From: a virus
Length of the DNA stretch: 64,000 bases
Strand: one strand, 5' to 3'
Virus record (IMG/VR): IMGVR_UViG_3300028045_000007
Location: 1-64,000 of that record
How positions within the stretch are numbered: the stretch's first letter is position 1; each line of letters starts with the position of its first letter. The notes under the pieces are model-generated. The model made no database searches and was not told where the DNA came from. It saw only the letters and a program-made list of their open reading frames with translations. A program made the translations under genes and the position numbers. This document shows, piece after piece, positions 29,451 through 38,836 of this stretch.

Positions 29451-30112
29451 AATGAAAACCGAAACTATCTACATCGACGGCCAGCCGGTTGTCGCCTACG
29501 TGGTCGAATCCGCAGCCGATCTCGATTCCCTGCTGAGCAAGGCCGCCCTTGGGGTTGACCCTGAGCCCGAGCCCGAGCCCGATACCTGCGAGATGTGCGG
29601 GGATCCCTCTGGTGGGCATACCCTGTGCGGGGAGTGTAATGACTACGTTTTCGGTTTCGAGGACTGGTGCGGTTGGGAAAACGCCTATGGCGAGGAGGCA
29701 TACTAGCATGGTATTCGATCCTATCACTAAGGGCTACCCCTGCTATGCTGAGTGGTGCCGTGTGCGGGCTGCCCTGATAGCCCTTCCTGACCATCCCCAA
29801 CGTATCCCTACTGTGCGTATGGCGATAGCCTCCCTGGTGCGTACCCTCAGGGGCAAGGGTGAGCGTGGTACTGCTGCTGGGGTATTGCACTATACCACGT
29901 GGCTGGGCTACCCTGTATCGGACGCTCAACTAGACAATCGGTACCACTGAGCATCCCACTAGGGGCGGCTGAGGCCGCCCCTGTGGCCCCTTCCTGGGGA
30001 CCTACCTGTACCATGCGTGGCTTAGCTACGCACAAAAAAATAAACGCTAGTACGCACGCTCCTGGGCACGTTAGAGCGTACCCTGTAGGGTACTATATAC
30101 GCATATGTGCAT

Positions 30113-30192
30113 AGCAAGGCACGTGCCAAGTGATGCGTATGAGAGAATCCATATTCCCCACACGACGCAAGTCGTTGTATTTCAAGGGGTTA
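30113..30192 (-). promoter_or_regulatory. Sigma54-type promoter with upstream IHF-like sites
   Basis: Minus strand TTGGCACGTGCCTTGCT (30129-30113) matches TGGCACG-N4-TTGCW; back-to-back WATCAA-N4-TTR-like sites at 30168-30192. Confidence 0.65.
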
Positions 30193-30288
30193 GGAGCATA
30201 GGGATAATCTCTCGCTTGCACTCTCGACCGCACCCCTAATAGTATGGTATACTGTCAGCGGATTGAGAAACGGCAAACAAGGAAACGA

Positions 30289-30397
30289 AATGACCAACCT
30301 CATCACCCCCCGCACCGTCCTCTTCGCCCTCGCCCTCTCCGCCGCCGCCTACGTCGTGTCGGCCCTCGCCAATGCCGCTACCGCCGCCGGTCTCTAG
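30289..30397 (+). CDS. 35-aa hydrophobic peptide
   Basis: MTNLITPRTVLFALALSAAAYVVSALANAATAAGL; same leader GCGGATTGAGAAAC as the 29349 gene. Confidence 0.55.
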
Positions 30398-30418
30398 GTC
30401 ACCACACAGGAGCACACA

Positions 30419-30679
30419 ATGGAAACCATCGAATTTCGCGGGCTGGTCATCGAAGTGGAAATTTCTTCCTACCCCGCTACGGGGCCGACGTTCTCCTGTG
30501 GTGGCACGCCCGCTGAATGGGATATGGAAATCTCTTCCGTGTCCCTGGGTGATGCGGAAGAACTTTCCGACTACCTTGAAATCGAGGATGTGAGCGAAGT
30601 GGAAGAATTTTCCACTGAGATGTTGGAAATCCTTGCCAACAACTGGTGGGAAGAAATTTCCGAAGAGATCGACGACTAG
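30419..30679 (+). CDS. Highly acidic small protein
   Basis: AGGAG RBS; Glu/Asp-rich. Confidence 0.7.
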   Translation: METIEFRGLVIEVEISSYPATGPTFSCGGTPAEWDMEISSVSLGDAEELSDYLEIEDVSEVEEFSTEMLEILANNWWEEISEEIDD

Positions 30680-31079
30680 GAAATCCTTTCCTACCCCACC
30701 CTCCCTGCCAAGCTGACACCCTCCTGCCAAGATGGCAGGGGGGGTTTTTTCGTTCTGCCAGAATGGCAGGACGCCGGAATCCGGCTAGGTCCCTCACAAA
30801 CACAGCAACACGAAAACTCGGTTAAGAGTTACTCAGTACCTTTGCTGTCCAACCTATAGCAGCTAAGATAGTCATCCCAACGAATGTCCCATCCAGCCTC
30901 AGACAATTCAACAGCAACCAATCGCTTCACCGCTACACTTAACGCGTAATGCCGTAATTCACCATTGTCGTAGCCATCGAGCAATCTTGACCGCACGTAT
31001 TTCAAGAACTTTTTAACTTCGCGTCGATAACGGTTCATACGATACTTTTCGAACTCTTGAGGGGTTGGTATACCAGCCA

Positions 31080-31436
31080 TCAAAATCCCCTCCGGTCGTT
31101 ATACGACCGCGAGCGTCTTTGCTGATGCCTGTAGTTAGCGTTACGACACTGGACTCGATCATAGCTGACAATACGAGTGCGACTTCGTCGCGAGGCAGCA
31201 CTCTGTCTCTGGCGGGCTGTGTCCCGCCTAACTTCTTCGCGGAACCGGCGATAGCGTTGCCTGTCTAGGCGGTCAAGCCGCCTCTGCACATTCTCATATG
31301 TGGTGAGCTGTCTTGATAGCGAGCCACATTTCGAGTAATCTGGCTGCGGCGGTCTAATTCTCGTTGACCCTTGTTGGCTAAAACCAACAGAGGAGATAGC
31401 GATTGCAGCAATAGCCGCCAGGATATATTTCTTCAT
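31080..31436 (-). CDS. Signal-peptide-bearing Arg-rich protein
   Basis: MKKYILAAIAAIAISSVGFSQ N-terminus. Confidence 0.65.
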   Translation of the reverse strand: MKKYILAAIAAIAISSVGFSQQGSTRIRPPQPDYSKCGSLSRQLTTYENVQRRLDRLDRQRYRRFREEVRRDTARQRQSAASRRSRTRIVSYDRVQCRNANYRHQQRRSRSYNDRRGF

Positions 31437-32840
31437 TTATTCAACCTTTTCAATCTCAATGGGCTCTTTCGTGTTTTCGTGTTCTTCGCTTGCTACTGGC
31501 TCCACAGAATTGTCAAGAGCCATGTTCACGGCTTGGTCCTGGTCTTCGGCATCAACCAAGTAATGCTCGTAGACCACCACGGTGCGAAGCACCGTAAGTC
31601 TGTATGTACTCATGCTAACTCCTTTTCGAGATCGAGACATCACGCACTCTTTCGACCATAACAAACTGGCCCTCGTAGATGTATTTTGATCTAGCCAACT
31701 TCGACCTCCACGTTGTAATACTCTGGCCACTCGCCCCACGGCTTTTCTTCGGGGAACTTGATGCACGGTCTGTTGTCCACCCTAATCATTTCGCGGAGGA
31801 CTGCAATCGCGAGTTCCTGAGATGACCACCCGCGAGCCACTGGCGGCGAGCCGGGTAGCCACGTGGCGTCAGCCGTGTACTTGCCGTCTTCGATGGTTAT
31901 ACGTACGACGTTCATGAGCCGTCCTGCCCGTCTGGAGAGGGCGAAGCCTCTTGAAACTTCCACAGTCCACGCACGAAGTACGCTTCCTTGTGATCTTCGT
32001 CTTTGCCGAATAGCGTCCACGAGATCGGTGGCTCATCAGGGCTTCCAGCCCTATGGAAGTACAGATGGTCATTGGGTGATGGCTGGTCTACCATACGCAT
32101 TGTGTCTACGTCGGGACCAAGCATCAGAATGTATAGCCATCCTTCGGATGGAATGCGGCCTTCGCCTACGGTTTGAACGTCTTTATTCATTAGATTTCTG
32201 TTTCCGTTTGGTGGGGCATATGGAGCTTTGCTACTGCGTCGTGGACGACGCATTATTTGTATTCGCCTGTTTCTGGATCCCACGTTTTGAAGGGGAGGTC
32301 TCGTGACTTCTGTGGCTTCATCGCAGGTTGCCGCGATCGTCTCTCTTTGGGCTGCTCCGGTTGCCGCAACTCGTATTCCTGCACTTTCCTTTTCGAGTTG
32401 TCCATCATGCGAACGTCATAGAAACCGTCAAAGTGCTTGTGAGCACCACACATGCAGTCGTGGTGATGATACCACCCAACAATCATGCAACGCTCGCCAG
32501 TCAGTACTACTTCGGCTATGCTGCCACAAGAGAACTTGCACTGGCGTTCATTTTCGCCTTCGTAGTCGCACGGGCCACAGCTTGCTAGCAAAGCTAGCAA
32601 AAGGGAGGCTAGTAGTTTCTTCATAGTCCTTGCCAAAGTCTCGGGTCATCGGTGTTTGATTTCAAGGTGGACAACAACACCGTGCGATTCCGCAAACGAT
32701 TCTTGACTGGTAAAGTGGCGGTTAGCCAAGTGATCAGCTCGTCATTGGTTGCATCCTTGAGATTGATAACGTATAGCATGTCATCGATGGATCGCAGGTT
32801 ATTCGCTTGCATGCGGTGTTCTACCCAGCGGTGTATTTCG

Positions 32841-33434
32841 TCAACCATCATTGTGCCACCCCTCTGGGTGATCGAGAAAACGCAGATCGCTAGTTAGTCT
32901 GACTGGTCCGCCAAACATGTCGTAACCTACATCGTACTTGTGCGTGAAGACTTGCTTCGCTGCGTCTTCAGCACAGTATACCGTGTGTAGGTGACCATGC
33001 AAGTGAATACTGCCAGAACTTTTTCTGTGCCAATCGTCCAGTGGACGATGGCTCAGAATGAACGTGCGGTTTTCCACTTTGATTTCGAGGACTTCGCCCT
33101 CCAGTACCTCAACGTGCGGTACCTCTTGGCCCCTACGGTCCAATATGTCCACCAGACCAGGACCCCATTTCGAGGGCTCGTCGTGGTTCCCCACGACAAT
33201 CTTGATACGACCACCCAATTGTCTCAAATACCACAGGATACGTTCTTCGTCAACCCTAGGTCCCATAGCGAGGTCTCCCAGGTGAAAGATCACGTCGTCA
33301 TCGCTGGTGGCAGAGTTCCATCGTTCAATGACGGCCCTGTCCATCTTTCCGGTACTGCGAAACGGTCGTGAGCAGTACCGAATAATGTTGTGGTGCCCAA
33401 AGTGGGTGTCGCTAGTCGCGAATATTCTGCTCAT
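32841..33434 (-). CDS. Calcineurin-like metallophosphoesterase
   Basis: SDTHFGH.NII.Y..RPF, HLGD, GNHD, HLHGHLH, DVG.D. Confidence 0.9.
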   Translation of the reverse strand: MSRIFATSDTHFGHHNIIRYCSRPFRSTGKMDRAVIERWNSATSDDDVIFHLGDLAMGPRVDEERILWYLRQLGGRIKIVVGNHDEPSKWGPGLVDILDRRGQEVPHVEVLEGEVLEIKVENRTFILSHRPLDDWHRKSSGSIHLHGHLHTVYCAEDAAKQVFTHKYDVGYDMFGGPVRLTSDLRFLDHPEGWHNDG

Positions 33435-33982
33435 CTTTCTTGTGCTCTAGGGGAGGTACTGTAAACTCCGCCATTTCAAGTGGCTTGAAGCACTCAGGAC
33501 ATCGCAGAAGGGGTTTGCCATCTAAACTAATGCCCGTCTGGTAAACGCCCTCTGACTTTTTACAAACGAAACAAATGGTGCTCATAGATACCCTTGGAAT
33601 TTCACGTTGTCACGATCTTTTAGTTCAAAACCGTGTCCATAGTAGCCGTTGTGACAGTTGAAGATATGGAGATACATTGTTTCCCGGCGATCGTCTTTTC
33701 GACGTAGCCGGAAAACGGCGATACCACCACTCTCCAACACGATACCCTCGGTGTTGGTATAGAAGAAGCTTGCATCAAAGACCCAATTCTCCCAATCTAG
33801 TTCTTGTAGCAGTTCTTTACTTGCGTCCCTACAGCCATCTTCGTCGGTAGGCGGACCCTCTTGGGGTTCTTCCGCCAAGAACCAATCTGCCCACTCGCAA
33901 CACGATTGGTAAGAATCGTATCCCACAAAGACATTATTCTCGTCTACCCAATTGTGCTTACCGTTTTCGTCGAAGTATCTCA

Positions 33983-34321
33983 TTATGCTAGTAGGATTAA
34001 ACAGGTCATGTGAGCTAATTGATCGAGCCCGATCACTTTCCAGAAAGCGTAAAGGCGTCCTTCTCGATGGTACTTTCCAGCCAGACGGCTGGAAATCCAA
34101 TCTATGGGCCAATGGAGTATACCATTCAGTGCCGCAAAAGTCAAGGGAGATTCCACAAAACCGTCAGCGAGAAACGCTATAACTGCCGTGTAGATAAGGA
34201 CATGTAGCGTTAGAATCCAGTTCGACTTACTCTTGTTGAGGCCCATCCACGTGGTCTGACATACGAAGTCAGCCACGAAGTGAGCCGCCAACAAGTAGAT
34301 TACAAGCCAAGCTTCGATCAT
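33983..34321 (-). CDS. DUF3307-like membrane protein
   Basis: AHFVADF..Q..WM..NK, HV..Y, H..ID, GLDQLAH. Confidence 0.8.
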   Translation of the reverse strand: MIEAWLVIYLLAAHFVADFVCQTTWMGLNKSKSNWILTLHVLIYTAVIAFLADGFVESPLTFAALNGILHWPIDWISSRLAGKYHREGRLYAFWKVIGLDQLAHMTCLILLA

Positions 34322-35001
34322 TAGTAGCCGTAGGTCACAGTGACCAAAGCCCCCGCTTTAGTGTTGCCGTTACTCAGTAGCCACATGTTCACGCCGGGCG
34401 TATAGCTGATAGATGGCAACAGAGTTGTGGTCGAGTAGAAATCCACATTCGCCCCATTGGTGAGGGCGGCCAGAACCGAAGGTTCTGTGATCACTTGTCC
34501 TATTTCTGTTTTAAGTGGATCAAGCTCAGCGTGGGTTCCACCACTCGGTCCATCACCATCAATCACGCCATCGTGCGGTGCCACAGGAATGTTACCCAGG
34601 CTATTACGGCAAACGTCTACCATCATGTTGTGAGAAACGGACCCGCCAACAGTACCATTCGGCATCACGACCGAAATATCCCAGGTGCTATCGCCATCAG
34701 TCCCCAGGTCGCTCCGACTCGGGAAGGGTTGTCCACCGTGGTTTGGAGCATACCAAGACCAGCAGACGGCAGCATGGCCTCCGGGCGGACCACTCATGAT
34801 CTCGACTCCGTATTCCCAATACACTTTCAAGGCACAATCGACACGCACCCACTGGAGTCCAGGTCCAGCCGCAGGCAACGTTAGTACTTGAGTCTGTGGA
34901 TTGTCAATACGGAAAGTAGTGACGGTAGTAGATGGCACCGTAGGTGCCGAGGCTGGCGGTGCTAGCGGAGCTAGAGCCAGTAGTGCAGCAGTTAACATCA
35001 T
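34321..35001 (-). CDS. Secreted protein, choice-of-anchor E-like
   Basis: Signal peptide, APHDGVIDGDGPSG motif, terminal VTVTY.Y strand; family recalled by eye. Confidence 0.45.
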   Translation of the reverse strand: MMLTAALLALAPLAPPASAPTVPSTTVTTFRIDNPQTQVLTLPAAGPGLQWVRVDCALKVYWEYGVEIMSGPPGGHAAVCWSWYAPNHGGQPFPSRSDLGTDGDSTWDISVVMPNGTVGGSVSHNMMVDVCRNSLGNIPVAPHDGVIDGDGPSGGTHAELDPLKTEIGQVITEPSVLAALTNGANVDFYSTTTLLPSISYTPGVNMWLLSNGNTKAGALVTVTYGY

Positions 35002-35319
35002 GTCTTTTTCACTTCGCTCAAAAGAGCGGTGTAGTTTTTTTCTCACATCCACAACTGCGGTATGTCTCGGATTCCCTGTAACGGTATCCACATTTCACGC
35101 AGTAGAATTCGTTGTTGTGTTCCTTGTACATATGATCGCAGGATTCCTGGATCGCCCACAGGGCACTACTGGCATTGCGAACAAGCTCGGCCAACTGGAA
35201 GGCACTCAGTCTGAGCAGAGCATCCGGGATCATTTCTTGCGGCAGACGAGTCTCCGCAAGAGCGTGCTTGATACAGCGGCCAGCGTCATCGAAGGCCACT
35301 TCGGCATCGAATAGTTCTT

Positions 35320-36057
35320 TCATTGGTCCTTTTTCAGTTTGAAGGTCATCTTGTCCCAGTCAGCGATACACCAATCACCATCACCGTCTAGCCACAGACG
35401 CATGTACTTTTCCTCCTTGCAGGAAGCGTAAAACTCGAAAGTGGCTCCAGTCCAGGTGTGGGTAAACGTTACCCAGCATTCACCCTCCGACATACTGCAA
35501 CGCCAGTTGGTGTCATCAACGCTAATCCAGCAATCGCCTTCCACATCGATAGTGTGAGCGTTGTAATCGAATGTACGCCAGCTATCATCGATGACGGTGA
35601 CCTCTTTGTCCGAAGACTTCGGACAAGCCTCAGCGGGCAGCGTGGTACCGTCCGGAAGCAGAACCACGTCGCCGATAAGTTGCCCATGACACTCGTCAGT
35701 ATAGCAGTCGTCGTAGCCCTCGATATAGAGAACGTCGTCTTTCTCGCGGATAACCATTGGCCCGAAGTCGTTACACTCCCTCTCATACGTCTCTTCACAC
35801 CCACAGGTATAGGTAACGTAGACTTGACAGTAGTCAGGAAGCGTCGGAGGTCCGTCCGCTTTGCAAGTAAACTCGCCCGGCTTGTTGTAGTTCTCGACCC
35901 AACAGTCCAAGCCCATCATGGTGTCCTTGTCCCATTCGGCATACTTGAGATCGATCTTGGTGTCCTTTGAAGGCGTAACCACCTTCGAAGTGTTACTAAA
36001 GGCAGCCACCAACAAGACGGTGACTAGGCCACACAATACAGCAATTGTTTTCTTCAT
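35320..36057 (-). CDS. Secreted Cys-rich protein with an internal two-domain repeat
   Basis: Signal peptide; DCW...C...C.V..T pattern occurs twice. Confidence 0.65.
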   Translation of the reverse strand: MKKTIAVLCGLVTVLLVAAFSNTSKVVTPSKDTKIDLKYAEWDKDTMMGLDCWVENYNKPGEFTCKADGPPTLPDYCQVYVTYTCGCEETYERECNDFGPMVIREKDDVLYIEGYDDCYTDECHGQLIGDVVLLPDGTTLPAEACPKSSDKEVTVIDDSWRTFDYNAHTIDVEGDCWISVDDTNWRCSMSEGECWVTFTHTWTGATFEFYASCKEEKYMRLWLDGDGDWCIADWDKMTFKLKKDQ

Positions 36058-37004
36058 ATACTTCTCCGCATGTGATCTGCGACAATGTAAATAAGTAGGT
36101 CGTCACACCATTCCATGTCTACCTTGTCAGGTAGAGAAGACGCGACCATCGTTTCTTCAACTCTCGCAAGAGACCTATCAAGGAAATCTTGCACTTGTTC
36201 CAGCTTGTACTCACCCTTTTTGATGTCGAGCAACATTGATGCGTACGGCAGCGGGAAGACGATCTCGCCATTGGTCAGAATGTCTTCTAGCTCATATGAG
36301 ACACGTACGGCGTGGCTCAGTGCTTTCCAGTCTTTACCGTCCTTGACGGCAGCTTGGTTGGCACGCACGCCATAACGAGAAATAGCAATGTCAATGGCCG
36401 TTCGGACGTGGTGAGAAGAAGTAGTTTCTCCGAACCACTTGCCACCGATTTGAAGCTCACGGACACCCTGCGGATTCTCACGTTCATCGTCACGAGGCAA
36501 CAGGTCCCACCTGTCGGCAAGCGTAGTATAGTCGTCGCATCCCTCGTGTAGTACGTCTTGAAATGCCTTGAGTTGGTTTAGGCGGTCGCCCTTCAAGGAG
36601 TACTTGGCGGCTTGGCTACGAGCATAGCCCACGAACGCATGCATGTTTTTCGAGAGAAATTTGTGCCTACACTTCACAAGCTCATTCCAAATCCAGCCGT
36701 ACTGACCTGTTGTTCTAGTTAGCTCTGCTGGCGTAAACAACATGTCAATGGCGACAGTCTGGCCTTGTGAAGCCAGCCTCACAAAGTGGTGTAGCCCGAA
36801 GCATTGACGGTCAACCTCGTCGGGAGCATTTTTGCGGGTGTCATCTCCGGAACCTTCGCTAAAGGTTCTCGGAATACGCCCTAACAGGATATCTTGTGCC
36901 GCAGGCAGAAAGATACCGCAATAGTCGCGATCTGATTGCTCGGTGGCAGTACCGTATAGATGACTGCCGAAGACAGTTTCGCAGATTAGGTTCTTCGGTC
37001 TCAT
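36054..37004 (-). CDS. Pol-beta-superfamily nucleotidyltransferase (RlaP/NrdC.11-like)
   Basis: FGSHLYGT.T..SD.DY.GIFLP, GYARSQAAKY..KG.R, DWKALSHAVR, SSLPDKVD. Confidence 0.9.
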   Translation of the reverse strand: MRPKNLICETVFGSHLYGTATEQSDRDYCGIFLPAAQDILLGRIPRTFSEGSGDDTRKNAPDEVDRQCFGLHHFVRLASQGQTVAIDMLFTPAELTRTTGQYGWIWNELVKCRHKFLSKNMHAFVGYARSQAAKYSLKGDRLNQLKAFQDVLHEGCDDYTTLADRWDLLPRDDERENPQGVRELQIGGKWFGETTSSHHVRTAIDIAISRYGVRANQAAVKDGKDWKALSHAVRVSYELEDILTNGEIVFPLPYASMLLDIKKGEYKLEQVQDFLDRSLARVEETMVASSLPDKVDMEWCDDLLIYIVADHMRRSI

Positions 37005-37376
37005 TTTTCTAACTCTCGTAGACGAAGCTCTTCTTTGATTTCGTCTTTGTGTTCTTCGTACCATGCGTTATACAATGCCATCTTGGCCTCGTATTCGTTG
37101 AGGGCCTTTTGATAGAAGAACGTCTCGCTGTGAGTACAGAGGTCTACTGTACAGTGAGGTCTGTCGGATTCGTAGTAACAGCACTCGTAGCTCAGTTCGG
37201 ACTCAAGAAACGCTTCGGGATCTTCGGCGATTGCTTTCTGAAACATAGGCATCAGTACGTCTAAACTGACGTGATCGTCGCCCTCAGCGATTCTGTCTTT
37301 GAGGATCTTGCCCTTGGAAGCAGACTTCTTGGGCTCAACCGGCTTCTTCTTGATTCTAAATTTCTTGCGTTTCATG

Positions 37377-37675
37377 ATATAATCTCGAAGTATTCGTAGT
37401 CTCGATATCTTTCTTTGCCTCTACAGCCACGCTTAGAAAGGCGTATTTGAATCATGGTGCCACAATAGTACTTTGTGCCAGCCGGTCCTCGATATTCGTA
37501 ATCGTGTACAATCCTGAAACCACGCCTCGGAAGAGGTCTTGGGGATACGCCCTAACAAGATATCTTGTGCCGAAGGCAGAAAGATTCCCTTGTAGTCGCG
37601 GTCTGACTGCTCTGTGGACGTGCCGTATAGGTGGCTACCAAATACAGTCTCGCAGATTAGGTTATTCGGTCTCAT
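37377..37675 (-). pseudogene. Chimeric remnant: nucleotidyltransferase N-terminus joined to a copy of the 38131..38358 C-terminus
   Basis: First ~50 codons nearly identical to the 37004 gene; the downstream DNA encodes RGFRIVHDYEYRGPAG...KRGCRGKERYRDYEYFE in another frame. Confidence 0.75.
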
Positions 37676-38130
37676 CGGGTATCTGCTCGAAATAGAATCC
37701 GTGGATTCGTTCTAGTTCTTTGACGACTGCGATAAAGTGCGGCAACGCGGAGTTTTTACCGGCCTTGACCAAGTTGGACTCTGCTATCGCAAGATGACAT
37801 AACATAGTGCTATAGTCTGTGCGTAGTGCCCTGTCATACTTCAGCACGATTCTTAGGTGGTTGCTATCAGGGTTTTTCACTGATTTGCCTCAACAACCTC
37901 TTGTAGCTCGTCTTCGGCAACCCACACAACGTCGTCCGGATGGGTGGCAAGAGCACTCTTGATGCAGTATTCCCAAATACCCATTGCCTCGCTGTACTGC
38001 TTGTCTACGACAACGAAGACGTGCCCGGTGTTAGTCTCGATGACGTAGTTTACGTCGTAGAGCCCATCTGCCTCTTCGGGCATGATGCAACCGGCGGCCA
38101 AAAGAAACGCAAAAGCTAGGATCATGTTTT

Positions 38131-38358
38131 TCATTGTAGTTCGAAGTATTCGTAGTCTCGGTATCTTGCCTTGCCCCGGCACCCACGCTTGAAAATACGT
38201 ATTTGGATCCAGGTTCCTAAGTAGTAGGGCTTACCCGCTTTACCCCTATATTCGATGTCGTGTGCGAGCCTAAAGCCACGCTTCGGGTGTGCTTTCTTCA
38301 GTTCGTGTAGGCGACCTAGTGCTATCGCCTGAGTGAGTCTACGCCGGGACCTTGCCAT
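38131..38358 (-). CDS. Basic hypothetical protein
   Basis: Paralogous fragment at 37377-37530 supports coding status. Confidence 0.7.
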   Translation of the reverse strand: MARSRRRLTQAIALGRLHELKKAHPKRGFRLAHDIEYRGKAGKPYYLGTWIQIRIFKRGCRGKARYRDYEYFELQ

Positions 38359-38836
38359 TGATGATGTCCTCGGTGCTGAACTCGTTGATAATCTTCTCCC
38401 TATGAATCGCGTAATCGAGACAGTTCTTTGTGCCTCCAGGCGAGCCGTTATAGTAAGCCGCTAGTACGTCACAGTTGTCAACCATCCACTCATTTCTTAT
38501 TTGAAGTTTGCCTGGGTTGTATCCAGGCTCGCAAATATACTTCACCTCGTCGCACTTGTCAAGTAGCTTCTGATATTTTTGTCTTGAAAAGTCAGGCCAC
38601 TTGGAATCGTACCCCTCAAACGGGAGGGCTGCGAGTACTGGCAATTTGAGGTGAAGTCCAACCTCCATCCAAAACTGATCGATACCCAGGGCTCCACCCG
38701 AGATAAGAACTAGCTCACCACCTGGAGCTTGCTCCAGAAAGTCTCGCATGTGACGGCGAATCGCTTTGTGTGCCGGGTCGTTCCTGTATCCGCCCAGCTT
38801 GTCTGGTCTGTGGCCTGTTACCGCAATATATACCAT
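38339..38836 (-). CDS. SLOG-family protein (YspA/DUF1273-like)
   Basis: IAVTGHRPDKL, ISGGALGID, RNEWMVD, GGTKNC. Confidence 0.9.
   Translation of the reverse strand: MVYIAVTGHRPDKLGGYRNDPAHKAIRRHMRDFLEQAPGGELVLISGGALGIDQFWMEVGLHLKLPVLAALPFEGYDSKWPDFSRQKYQKLLDKCDEVKYICEPGYNPGKLQIRNEWMVDNCDVLAAYYNGSPGGTKNCLDYAIHREKIINEFSTEDIINGKVPA

Larger units (their letters stand above)
21521..30045 (+). repeat. Array of ~13 mosaic intergenic repeats (hairpin + YGTRGCTWAGCYACG palindrome + GC linker + A-tract + promoter)
   Basis: Palindromes at 21598, 22530, 22834, 23543, 24306, 24691, 25216, 26086, 26693, 27396, 27904, 29194 and 30016 (inverted context); outliers at ~16192 (inverted) and ~15075-15230 (degenerate). 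Confidence 0.95.

Noticed and set aside
21521-30045. CRISPR array interpretation of the repeats
   Set aside because: Repeats are long, degenerate and carry promoters; the intervening segments are whole genes of variable length; no cas genes are seen.
21521-30045. Classical integron attC array
   Set aside because: No consistent RYYYAAC/GTTRRRY ends, cassettes carry their own promoters, and no IntI-like gene is in the window.
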